DNA of 64,000 bases, taken from positions 100,998,001 to 101,062,000 of the forward strand of contig OX597823.1 of NCBI GenBank assembly GCA_951406725.2, given 5' to 3'. Shown in pieces: positions 27,081-39,300 of the stretch. Both the position numbers and the translations under genes were made by a program. Within the stretch, counting starts at the first letter, position 1, and the number at the start of each line of letters is the position of its first letter. The stretch comes from Octopus vulgaris (lineage: Eukaryota). The notes under the pieces are model-generated. The model worked only from the letters and a program-made list of their open reading frames with translations, had not been told where the DNA came from and made no database searches.

Positions 27081-28344
27081 CAGGGTCAGGCAAAATGATC
27101 TGACACATTTGTAGGTTAAATAAAAGGCATTGTTTTTCGTTTCTTTTTCAGTTGCTGCCATGAATTGGACTGGTGAGCATCGCGCTTTCATTGTGGAAAT
27201 GTTTATCAAAACAAACGATTCTGTAACTGCAACACAAAGAGCGTTCCGTTTGCACTTCAATCTTGGTAGACATAATCCCGTACCAGCTCGAAACACGATC
27301 TTTTTATGGGTTACCAACTTCAGAGCTACTGGATCTGCATTGAAACGAAAATCAACTGGCCGGCCTCGCACCGCCAGATCTCCAGAAAATGTGGCAGCGG
27401 TAAGAGCTTCAGTTCAACAGTCTTCACGCCGTTCCACATTTAAACACGCCCAGGCTCTTAGACTTTCCGAAAGAAGTTTGCGAAGAATTCTTCACAATGA
27501 TCTTCAAATGCATCCATACAAAATGATGTTGGCACAAGAACTCAGCGAAAGGGACACTGAAACTCGCAGAGCATTGTGTTTGGAAATTCAACAACGTCCC
27601 CCATGCAGCAGTTGTGTTGTTCAGTGACGAGGCACATTTTCACCTGTGTGGCACAGTGAATAAGCAAAACGTCAGATACTGGGCCGAGAACAACCCTCGT
27701 GAGTTGCATGAATGCCCTTTGCATTATCTTCGGGTGACTGTATGGTGTGCTGTGGCAGAATTCGGTATATGGGGTCCGTACTTCTTCGAAGAAGACAACG
27801 TTACAGTGACTGTGAACTCTGATTGATATTGTGAGATGCTGGAGACTTTTCTCAGACCAAAATTGAATATGCTCCACGATATGGACAATGTTTGGTTTCA
27901 ACAGGATGGGGCAACATTTCACACTTCTCGACGTGCGATGGGGATTTTGAGGAATATGTTCTTTGGTCATTTGATCTCATTGCGTGGTGACATCGGTTGG
28001 CCCGCCCGTTCACCTGATTTAAATCCGTGCGATTTTTTTCTCTGGGGATACCTCAAGGTATACATTAATCGCCCTCGATCTATTGAACAACTTAAAGATG
28101 CAATTCGTCAAGAAATTACTGCCATTCCACATGAAATGACCCGCCGAGTTATTGACAACTTTCGTGAACGCTTTCGACAGTGTGTGGACAATAATGGATC
28201 CCAGTTGATTGATTTAATTTTTAAAACAATGAAACAAAATGGCATTATATGTACTTTTCAAAAATAAAAACACTTCTTTGTTTCTGTACTTCATTTGCCT
28301 TTTATTTAACCTACAAATGTGTCAGATCATTTTGCCTGACCCTG
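27081..28344 (+). mobile_element. Tc1/mariner superfamily DD41D (rosa/Visitor-type) transposon, near full length
   Basis: 49-bp TIRs cagggtcaggcaaaatgatctgacacatttgtaggttaaataaaaggca; TA-rich flanks. Confidence 0.95.
27160..28267 (+). pseudogene. DD41D transposase, disrupted (frameshift/deletion near 27600, stop at 27824)
   Basis: FSDEAHF, WFQQDGA and WPARSPDLNPCD motifs; 41 residues counted between the 2nd and 3rd catalytic Asp. Confidence 0.9.
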
Positions 28345-28354
28345 TATATTAATA

Positions 28355-28697
<343 letters not shown>

Positions 28698-28722
28698 CGC
28701 AGGAGTGGCTGTGTGGTAAGTA

Positions 28723-30235
28723 ACTCCCCAACCTCTGACTTGGTCGGACGTGTTTTTTGGCAGCTGCTTGAATGTCACGTGTTGCCACGTGAAATATTGA
28801 ACTTTTTGATGACAACAGGTAGGATGTTTTATATTTTTAGGGGCCTAATGAGGCTTATTGCTTGCTTTTAACGTTATTTAGTGTTAAAAATTTTTTTAGC
28901 GGGTAATAAACTTCACTTTGCTCCAGATATATTTTTCTGCCTGTTGTCGAAGTTAAAGTCTCACTTTTTAGTGAGTATTGTGTTTTTTGAGGAGGCGTAG
29001 CCCCTCCTCAAAAATATTTTTATTCATTTTGGATTCACTTTTGGATTACCTACTGATTCACTGTTGGATTTACCAGGAGGCACCAGAGACTTCGTGGACT
29101 GTTTCTGTACGTACCAGAATAACCAAGGATTGCCGTGACGCTTGGCCGAGACTACCTTTTCGGCCAAAAAAAAAATAATTCTTTGCCATATTTGAACTCT
29201 CTTTCTTCTAGCTATCCTTTATTTGAACTTTCAACTGTATTTTCACCGTAATTCTTCATTTCCATTTTGTTTTCTCTTCCTACTTTCTGTCACTTTTGTT
29301 TGCTCCTATTTGAACTGTGTTTGCATTTTGTTTTTAAAAGTGGCAAAAGAACTTACTGTGTGGGAGCTGGAAGCTCCCAAAAAATATGTAAAACAGCTGG
29401 AGGATAAGACCGTGGTACTGAGGACTTATTCAAAGTCGTTCAACACCATCACGATCTTTCCGAAGGAAAAAATAATTGAAGAACTGCCCCAGGGACCAGA
29501 GTAGGATCCTGGAGCGGCTGATATTGGAGCCTCTCCCTGCCTCCTCAATGGAAGGAGAGAAACAAAATGAGGAGGGGGAAAAAGAGGAAGGTGGGGAGCA
29601 ATGGTGATCCACCAAAGCTGCAGGAGAGGAGAACCCAGTGCGTGCAGCTCCGGAACCTCAACCTCCCGTGGCCCAAGGCCAAGAAAAAAAGGAGAAACGG
29701 AGCACCGCCGGCGTATTGTGATACGCAGACGGCGTTTCCCGAGACTCCCGGGTCCTCTCAGGCGGGTGTGCCGCCTGAGGGACAATTTGTAGAAGACTTT
29801 GTGCTCTTCTTTTTTAGGGGAGAAACGGTGGAGAACACCGTACACAAAATGAGAAAAAGAGGACTTCGCAGTTGACTGCGGAGGTCGTGGAAAGGGGTAG
29901 TCTAGGCAGGATCGTGGGTTCCTTCCCGGTGGACTCATACGGGATCATACCTATGGACCCCGACCTGACCAGCGATTATTGCCTCGATGAGGCAAGAGCG
30001 ATGGTCGGCCAGGTTACATAGGCTTTTTGAACATTTTTTGTAACATGTTGAAGAGGAGGTTCATTGCTTCCTCCAAAAAATTGTAAACTGTTGTACTGAA
30101 TGTTAATTTTGAACAATGTTTTAGAGAAGCGAAAGTCGGCGGGCGCTTTTGTCTTCTTCCATCATTCATTAATGTCCTTGTCCAGCCCGTAGCTACTCTG
30201 TGTGCTGCCCTAGTGGCAAAAATTTTTGAAATAAA
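28723..30235 (+). mobile_element. ORF1-only non-LTR element, copy 1 (internally deleted)
   Basis: Collinear with 30240-32228; lacks ~450 bp of ORF1 including most of the zinc knuckle; ends gaaataaa. Confidence 0.8.
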
Positions 30236-30239
30236 GTAG

Positions 30240-32228
30240 TTCCCCAACCTCTGACTTGGTCGGACGTGTTTTTTGGCAGCAGCCAGTTGTCACGTGTTGC
30301 CACGTGAAATATTGAACTTTTTGACGATGACAGGTAGGACGTTTTGTATATTTTTAGGGGCTTAGTGAGGTTTATTGCTTGCTTTTAATGTTATTTAACA
30401 TTAATATTTTTTTGCGGGTAATAAACTTCACTTTGCTCCAGATATATTTTTTTTGCCTGTTGTCGAATTTAAAGTCTCACTTTTTAGTGAGTATTGTGTT
30501 TTTTGAGGAGGTGTAGCCCCTCCTCAAAAATATTTTGATTCACTTTTGGATTACCTACTGATTCACTTTTGGATTACCAGGAGGCACCAGGGACATTCGT
30601 GGACTGTTTTTGCAAGTACCAAGAATAACCAGGGATTGCCGTTGACGCTTGGCCTGGACTGGCAAAAAAAAAAAAAAATTATTCTTTGCCATATTTGAAC
30701 TCTCTTTCTTCTAGCTATCCATTATTTGAACTCTCAACTGTGTTTTACTGTAATTCTTCGTTTCCATTTTGTTTTCACTTCTTACTTGCTGTCGCATTTG
30801 TGTTTTCTCCTATTTGAACTGTTATTACATTTTGTTTTAAAAATAGCAAAAGAGTTAATTGTGTGGGAGCTGGAAGCTCCCAAAAAGTATCTAAAACAGC
30901 TGGAGGATAAGACCGTGGTACTGAGGACTTATTCAAAGTCACTCAACACCATCACGGTCTTTCCGAAGGAAAAAATAATTGACGAGCTGGCAGATTACAT
31001 GCCAGCCGTGAAATACATTACACGGGGAGCCAAATACGCAACGGTTTGGTTGCTGTTTGACTCCTCAAAAGCTGCTTGCGATTTCGCAAGCAAGCCCATT
31101 GAGGGCAAAGAGATCTTGTTTCTCCCTAGTTACAAGGGAGAAAAACTAACAAGATTATGGGTCTGCGGCCTGCCACCCGGCATTGAACCCGAGTGGATAG
31201 AAGACTCTATCCGCCGGGGTCTGGGTGGTAGTAACGCAAAAATCCTAAATGTTAGGATACAACCTGCGGCTGATTGGGAGGGGTCAAAGGCTACCTTGAC
31301 CCTATGGACCCAGTCAGCCAAGAGTCTAGTTTTGCCGGACTTTTTGAGGATGGCCGGGTCCAAGTATCCGGTGATGCTTGAGGGACGTCCCCCCCCAAGT
31401 GTCGCCTGTGTTTGGAGACCAGCCACATCAAGAAGAACTGCCCCAGGGACCAGAGTAGGATCCTGGAGCGGCTGATATCGGAGCCTCTCCCTGCCTCCTC
31501 AATGGAGGGAGAGAGGCGGAATGAGGAGGAAAAAGAAACTTCCTCCAAAAGAAAGAGAAAGGTGGGGAGCAATGGCGACCCACCAAAGGACCTGAAAGCT
31601 GCGGGAGAGGAGAACCTGGTGCGTGCAGCTCCGGAACCTCAACCTCCCGTGGCCCAAGGCCAAAAAAAAAAAAGAAACAAAGGAGAAACGGAGCGCCGCC
31701 AGCGTATTGTGATACGCAGACGGCGTTTCCCGAGACTCCCGGATCCTCTCAGGCGGGTGTGCCGCCCGAGGGACAATTTGTAGAAGACTTTGTGCTCCTC
31801 TTTTTAGGGGAGAAACGGTGGAGAACACCGTACACAAAATGAGAAAAAGAGGACAAGTGGCCTTCGCAGTTGACTGCGGAGGTCGTGGGTTCCTTCCCGG
31901 TGGACTCATACAGGATCATACCTATGGACCCCGACCTGACCAGCGATTATTGCCTCGATGAGGCAAGAGCGATGGTCGGCCGGGTTACATAGGCTTTTTG
32001 AACATTTTTTGTAACATGTTGAAGAGGAGGTTCATTGCTTCCTCCAAAAAATTGTAAATTGTTGTACTGAATGTTAATTTTGAACAATGTTTTAGAGAAG
32101 CGAAAGTCGGAGGGCGCTTTTGTCTTCTCCCATCACCATCTTCATCCATCACCATCATTCATTAATGTCCTTGTCCAGCCCGTAGCTACTCTGTGTGCTG
32201 CCCTAGTGGCAAAAATTTTTGAAATAAA
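30240..32228 (+). mobile_element. ORF1-only non-LTR element, copy 2 (L1/Tx1-like ORF1, no ORF2)
   Basis: ~600 bp leader, gag-like ORF1 with CCHC knuckle, AATAAA end, aagta(g) repeats at the junctions. Confidence 0.8.
30843..31783 (+). pseudogene. ORF1p/gag-like protein (RRM-like region, CX2CX4HX4C knuckle, charged tail), frameshifted
   Basis: ..TRLWVCGLPPGI..YPVMLEGRPP, frameshift in the C-run near 31390, then KCRLCLETSHIKKNCP; start codon reads ATA here and GTG in copy 1, so consensus ATG. Confidence 0.8.
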
Positions 32229-32359
32229 GTAGCTTGCTAACCAACCACATGGTTCCGGGTTCAGTCTCACTGCGTGGCATCTTGGGCAAGTGTCTTCTGC
32301 TATAGCCCCGGGCTGACCAATGCCTTGTGAGTGGATTTGGTAGACGGAAATTGAAAAAA

Positions 32360-33186
32360 GCGACGTGGTCCGACCCGTAAGTCGTAAGAATCAGACCCGT
32401 AAACTTACAGGTCGGCCCACGCTGGATAGTCATGCTCTAGGTGACCGCCGCACCCCAAGGGGGTCCAGACTACTATGTAGGGTTGTAGTTGATCGGCATA
32501 GGTGACCGTCTGGAAGGGATGTCCTCGTAGCTCCTTTTCTGCCAACGGTTAGCTCCCCGTCTGCCGGTGCAAGATCGACTCTACACGGCTGGCGTGTCCC
32601 CGAATTTCCGCCGCCACACCGCCCGCCTTTTCAGACGCTGCGTTTGCTCACCCGTTGACGCCCGCGTTTGCCCGCCTTCGTCTGCCTTCGCCCGTCTCCG
32701 GACGTCCGCCTTTGCCCGCCTTTCAGACGCTGCGTTCTCCCACCCCTTTCGACGCACGCGTTCGCCCGCGTTCGCCCGCCTTCTCCCGCAGCTCCGCCGC
32801 GCTACCGTGCCCGATCTAGTGAGGCTGAAGCGAACCTAGCGGTGTCGCCCGCGTACACGTGGACGTAGGCGCGATCGATGCCGTCAGTCGCCGGGAGTGC
32901 GTGGCGATATGCACCGGGTAAAAACAGCGACGTTGTCCGACCCGTGAGTCGGAAGAATCCGACCCGTAAGCTTACGGGTCGGCCCACGCTGGATAGTCAC
33001 GCTCTAGGTGACCGTCACACCCCAAGGGGGTCCAGACTACTATGTAGGGTTGTGGTTGATCGGCATAGGTGACCGTCTGGAAGGGATGTCCTCGTACCCC
33101 CTTTTCTGCCAACGGTTAGCTCCCCGTCTGCCGGTGCAAGATCGACTCTACACGGCTGGCGCGTCCTCGAATTTCCGCCACCACCA
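32360..33186 (+). repeat. GC-rich ~567-bp tandem unit (1.5 copies), same family as 49340-50350; putative rDNA spacer subrepeat
   Basis: Unit restarts at cgacgt(g/t)gtccgacccgt (32361, 32928); motif actactatgtaggg at 32469 and 33036. Confidence 0.8.
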
Positions 33187-33245
33187 TGACCGCAGTCAAA
33201 TGACTAAAACAAGTAAATATGTATGTATATATATATATATATGTA

Positions 33246-33341
33246 TCTATATATATAAAAAGCAAGTTGTCTGTCTGTGTGTCTGTCAGGTTGTACCCTC
33301 ACCCTGACCACGGCTTTCAACCGATTCTGATGAAACTTGAC
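33246..33341 (+). mobile_element. Helitron 5' fragment
   Basis: a-TCtatatatataaa...gtctgtctgt start resembling the element at 56911-57276. Confidence 0.55.
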
Positions 33342-33731
33342 CAAAGCCTTGTGAGTGGATATGGTAGTCAGAAACTGAAAGAAGCCCAGGCGTAGGGTGG
33401 CTGGCGGTAAGTAACTTACATGGTTTCTGTTTCAGTCCCACTACATGGCACCACGGGCAAGTGAATTCTGCAATATCCTCGGACAGACTAAAGCTTTGTG
33501 ACATTGTCTTCGATTGTTGATTTTTTTTCATAGTAGGTATTGTCTTGGAGGAGGGTTATGTGTTTATGCAGTTTTCTGATGGTAGAGGGGACAAACAAAG
33601 GCACACAATCGTATACATATACATATATACACTTGTATACGACGGGATTTTTTCAGCTTCCGCTTTGTGAGTGGATTTGGTACACGGAAACAGAAAGAAG
33701 CCCGTCGTATATGTGAATATGTATACACACG

Positions 33732-33780
<49 letters not shown>

Positions 33781-33851
33781 TATATATATGTATGTGTGTG
33801 TGAGTTTCTGTGTTTCTGCCTCCAACATCGCTCGACAACCGATGCTGGTGT

Positions 33852-35110
33852 CCCTCTCCGTAACCTAGCGGTTCGGTAAGATAGAATAAATACTACGCTT
33901 ACAAAGAATAAGTACTGATGTCGATTTGCTCGACAAATGGCGGTGCTCCAGCATAGGCACAGTAAAAGATAAAAAAGTCACGTCGGTATTATAAATTGCA
34001 AGGGAAGTAACTCTACAAGATATTTATTAGTTATCTCCCTTAAATATGTAGTTAACAGAATATACAATTTTTTTGCAATTTACTCTTGTTCTCTGACTAT
34101 TTTCAGTTATTTCACTGCGGCCATGCTTGGAGCGCCGCCTTAGTCTTTTGTGTGTGTTTAGTGTGATTTGTTTTTTGTGTTTTTTTTGCGGGTGTCTTGC
34201 GTGCTTTTTGGGTGTATTTTGTTTTTGGATGTCTTTTTTTGTGTTTTGCGTATATTTTGTGTGTATTTCCCTCTCCGTAACCTAGCGGTTCGGCAAAGGA
34301 GACCGATAGAATAAATACTACGCTTACAAAGAATAAGTACTGATGTCGATTTGCTCGACAAATGGCGGTGCTCCAGCATAGGCACAGTCAAATAAGTAAA
34401 AGATAAAAAAGTCACGTCGGTATTATAAATTGCAAGGGAAGTAACTCTACAAGATATTTATCAGTTATCTCCCTTAAATATGTAGTTAACAGAATATACA
34501 ATTTTTTTGCAATTTACTCTTGTTTTCTGACTATTTTCAGTTATTTCACTACGGCCATGCTTGGAGCGCCGCCTTTAGTCTTTTGTGTGTGTTTAGTGTG
34601 ATTTGTTATTTGTGTTTTTTTGCGGGTGTCGTGTGCTTTTTGGGTGTATTTTGTTTTTGGATGTCTGTTTTTGTGTTTTGCGTATATTTTGTGTGTATTT
34701 CCCTCTCCGTAATCTAGCGGTTCGGCAAAGGAGACCGATAGAATAAATACTACGCTTACAAAGAATAAGTACTGGTGTCGATTTGATCGACAAATGGCGG
34801 TGCTCCAGCATAGGCACAGTCAAATAAGTAAAAGATAAAAGTCACGTCGGTATTATAAATTGCAAGGGAAGTAACTCTAAAAGATATTTATCAGTTATCT
34901 CCCTTAAATATGTAGTTAACAGAATATACAATTTTTTTGCAATTTACTCTTGTTCTCTGACTATTTTCAGTTATTTCACTGCGGCCATGCTTGTCTTTTG
35001 TGTGTGTTTAGTGTGATTTGTTTTTTGTGTTATTTTGCGGGTGTCTTGCGTGCTTTTTGGGTGTATTTTGTTTTTGGATGTCTTTTTTGTGTTTTGCGTA
35101 TATTTTGTGT
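33852..35110 (+). repeat. ~420-430 bp tandem repeat (3 units) built from a SINE 3' piece, a short inverted-repeat module and a TG-rich tract
   Basis: ccctctccgtaa at 33852, 34269 and 34701; two inverted units at 46440-47246. Confidence 0.9.
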
Positions 35111-36310
35111 GTACTTTATGTGATTTTGTGTTTTCAGTGGCTTTTTGTGTTTTCTGTGTGTATTGTGTTTGTTATTTGTGTTTTGACACGTATTTTGACA
35201 CGTATTTAGTGTGTGAATTGTGTTTGTTTTGTCTGTTTTTTCTGTGTCGCGTTTGTTTTGTATGTGTGTTGTGTGTTTCGTGTATTTTGAGTTTCTTTTG
35301 TGTATAGCTGTCATGTTTTGTTTTTTGTGTTTGTTCCGTGTTTTCTGTGTCTTTTGTGTTTGTTATATGTCTGTTTTAGGTGTGTTTTAACTGTTTCAGT
35401 TTTTTTTTGCCTGTCTGGTGTATTGTGTGTTTCGTGTGTGTTTTGTATTTGATTTGTGTGTTTGTGCGTTTTGTGTGATTTGTGATTGTTTTGTTATGTG
35501 TTTTTTAATTAGGTACTTTTTTGTGCTATTTGTGTATTTTGTGTTTTGTCTGGTTTTTTGTTATTTGTCATTTTTCGTTTAGTGCTTGTGTCTGGTTTGC
35601 ATGTGTTTTGCGTGTCTTGTGTGTTATTTGTATGTGTTTGTAGTTTGTGTGTTTTGTGCATATTTTTGCTTATATTTTGTGTTGGTTGCAAAAAACAAAA
35701 AACAATACAAAAAAACACACAAAAAGCACACGTGCTTTGTATGCTTTTTGTGTGTCTTTTCGTGTGTATTGAGTATTTTGCGATTTTGTGTTTCGCATGT
35801 ATTTTGTGTGGTCTTGTGTGTCTAGTGTCTCCTTTGTGTGTGTTTTGTGTGTTTGGTGTTTTGTGTGTTTGTGTGTAAAAGTGTCTTTTATGTGTATTTT
35901 ATGGGTTTTGTCATTTTTTGGTTTTTGCGTGTCTTGTACGTTTTGTGAGTTTTGTATGTTTTGTGTGTATTGTGTGATTTCTGTTTTTTGTGTAGTTTGT
36001 GCGTGTCGTCTGTTTTTTTTTTTTTTAAATATTTGCGGCTTTTAATGTTGTGTCATGTGTTTTATGTGGATTGAACGTTTTGGGTCTGTTTTTTATGTAT
36101 TGTGTATGTTTTCTCTGTTTTCAGTGATTTATTTGTCTTTTGTGTATGTCTTTGGTGTATGTTTTGTGTTTTCTCTGTTGTGTTTATTATGTTTTTACCT
36201 TAGCGTATCTTGTGAGTTTCGTGTGTTTTGTAGTTTTTGTGAGTGCGTTTAGTTAAGTGTATCTTTTGTGTAATGTTTGTGCTTTCTATGTGTTTTTCTC
36301 TTTTGGATTT
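34990..36310 (+). repeat. Strongly strand-biased T/G-rich cryptic low-complexity tract
   Basis: Nearly all T and G on +; mirror A/C tracts at 42940-43110, 46050-46540 and 51460-51570. Confidence 0.9.
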
Positions 36311-39300
36311 TTTTAAATTCATCAAAGTGATCACAAAAATTTTCAGAATATAAAGTCAAAATATTGCAAATAAGTACTAAAAAGCAACAAATTAAAGTTA
36401 GCAATTTTGTTCACTGTTAGGCTTATTTTTCTAAAAACATGTGACTTGGGTAAACATAAGTTAGGATTATAGTTAGGATCACAAACATAAGAAAGAAGCT
36501 TAGGATAGAAAATGTGTCAAAATTTTGCAAATAAGTACGAAAAATCAACAAAATTGAGTCAGCAATTTTGAGTCAATCTTACTTTTAATATTTTGACAGA
36601 TTTTGTGTTCTGATAACATGTTACTTCAGTGATCTCTTGGGTAAATAAAAATTAACTGATTGATAATAAACTATATTCATCAGAGTTCACTCAAGTGTTA
36701 AAAATTTTCAGGAGACAAGCGTTGAAATTGCAAACAATTGTGTTCACATTTTGTTTTCTGAAAACTTCTGACGTGTAAATATAAGTTAACTGATTGATAA
36801 TGAGATTATATTTATCATAGAATTCACAAAAATAAGAATATTGTTATGGATACAAAATGTGTCAAAATATCATGACTTTAGAAACTTATTGATAAGATTA
36901 TTTCTGTCAAAGAGATCTGAAGAATGTCAAAACGATACAAAACGTATGAAAATATTGCAAAGAAGTACTAAAAAGCAACAAATTTAAATTAGCAATTTCC
37001 TTCATTTTTTTATGTTTATTTTACAATATTTTGACACACGTACTGCTTTCTAAAAACATGTGTGAGTGATCTCATGAGTAAACATGAGTAGAATGATTGT
37101 ATCAAAATAATAATACTAAAAAAAAAAGAAATTCGAATTAGACATATTAAGTTTACTTTCAAGACTTGGTAAACATAATCTTATTATCAATCAGACATAT
37201 CTGAAAACATCGCGAATAAGCATAAGTGAACAACATTGCTAACTCAAATTAATTTTTCAGTACTTATCTGCTATAATTTGACATTTTGTATCCTGAATAC
37301 TTTTTACATTTTTGTGTTAAATTTGTGCATTTGTGCAAAATCTCATTATCAATTTGTGCTAAATCTTTTTATCGATAAACTAGCTAACTAGGCACAAAAG
37401 TTTTCAGAAAATAAAATGTCAACATATTGCATATAAACATAGAAGAGTTAACAAAATTGCTAATCTAAATTTGTTGTTTTTTACAATTTTAGAATTTAGT
37501 TCCAAGTTGCCTCCTGAAAATTTTTATACACATGATTTTAGGAAACAGTACGTGCCTAAATATTGCCAATTTGGTGTATCCTAAAAACTTTTGAGATCTC
37601 TTAAATAAATATTTTCGTGATCTCTTTGATAAATATCTTACTTTCAGTTAAATGTGTTTTTTATGAGTTACAAGAGTTTTTAAGAAGCAAAATGTGTCTA
37701 AATATTGCTAATACGAATTGGTTGTCTTTTAGTACTTCTTTCTATTATTTTGAAAACTTTTGATTTTGTGATCTCTTTGATAAATATAATTTTATCATCA
37801 TTTTACTTATGTTTTTCCATGTTTCTGGAAAGTAGTACGAATCAGAATTTTGCATAAAAATTTTCTGTATCCGGAAAACTTCCGGATACAAAAAACTTTG
37901 ACATTTTTGTCATCTCTGACGTTACTATATTTATTCATGAGATCAAAGTCACAAAAGTTTTCTGCACGTGTTACAATATTGCAAATAAGCATGAAAGAGT
38001 AAACAAAATTGTTAGTTCCACAAATATTATTTAAGTTTACTTTCAAGACTTGATAAACATAATCTTATTATCAATCAGACATATCTGAAAACATCGCGAA
38101 TAGGCATTAGTGAACAACATTGCTAACTCTAATTTTTATACACTGTTTTCAGAAAACAGTACGTGTCAAAATATTGCAAATTTGTTGTACCCAAAAAACT
38201 TATGAGATCTCTTTGATAAATATTTTTGTGATTTTGATAAATACAATCTTATTATCAGTTACTAAATGTATTTTCAGAGAGTTACATGAGTTTTTAGAAA
38301 GCAAAATGTATCTAAATATTGCTAATCCAAATTGGTTGTCTTTTAGTACGTCTTTCTATTATTTTGAAAACTTTTGATATTGTTATCTCTATGATAAATA
38401 TAATTTTATTATCATTTTACTTACGTTTTTCCATGTTTCTAGAAAGCAGTATGAGTCAGAATTTTGCATAAAAATCATAACGAAGCGATCAAAATTGCTA
38501 ACTAATATTTTTTGTATCCGGAAAACTTCCTGATACAAAAAACTTTGACATTTTTGTCATCTCTGATATTATCAGGAAGTTAACATATTTATTCATGAGA
38601 TCAAAGTCACAAAAGTTTTCTGCACGTGTTACAATATTGCAAATAAGCATGAAAGAGTAAACAAAATTGTTAGTTCCACAAATATTAAGTTTACTTTCAA
38701 GACTTGATAAACATAATCTTATTATCAATCAGACATATCTGAAAACATTGCGAATAAGCATAAGTGAACAACATTGCTAACTCAAATTAATTTTTCAGTA
38801 CTTTTCTGCTATAATTTGACATTTTGTATCCTGAATACCTTTTATATTTTTGTGTTAAATATTATTATCGTACGATAACAATATTTGTGCAAAATCTCAT
38901 TATGAATTGATAATTTTGTATTTACCCAACATTATCATTCAATAATAATATTTGTGCTAAATCTTTTTATCGCTATATTAGCTAACTAGGCACAAAAGTT
39001 TTCAGAAAATAAAATGTCAATATATTGCAAATAAATGTAGAAGAGTTAACAAAATTGCTAATTTAAATTTGTTGTTTTTCACAATTTTAGAATTAAGTTC
39101 CAATTTAAATAATTTACCTCCTGAAAATTTTTATACACATGTTTTTAGGAAACTACGTGCCTAAATATTGCCAATTTGGTGTATCCTAAAAACTTTTGAG
39201 ATCTCTTAAATAAATATTTTCGTGATCTCTTTGATAAATATCTTACTTTCAGTTAAATGTGTTTTTTGGGAGTTACAAGAGTTTTTAGAAAGCAAAATGT

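Noticed and set aside
32600-32640. Possible hammerhead on the minus strand of the GC repeats (ctgaaaa...gaaa)
   Set aside because: Core is not CUGANGA and no stem II can form; no twister or HDV fold was convincing by eye
35018-36252. Cys/Val/Phe-rich membrane-like ORFs (also 46047-46553)
   Set aside because: Result of T/G compositional skew
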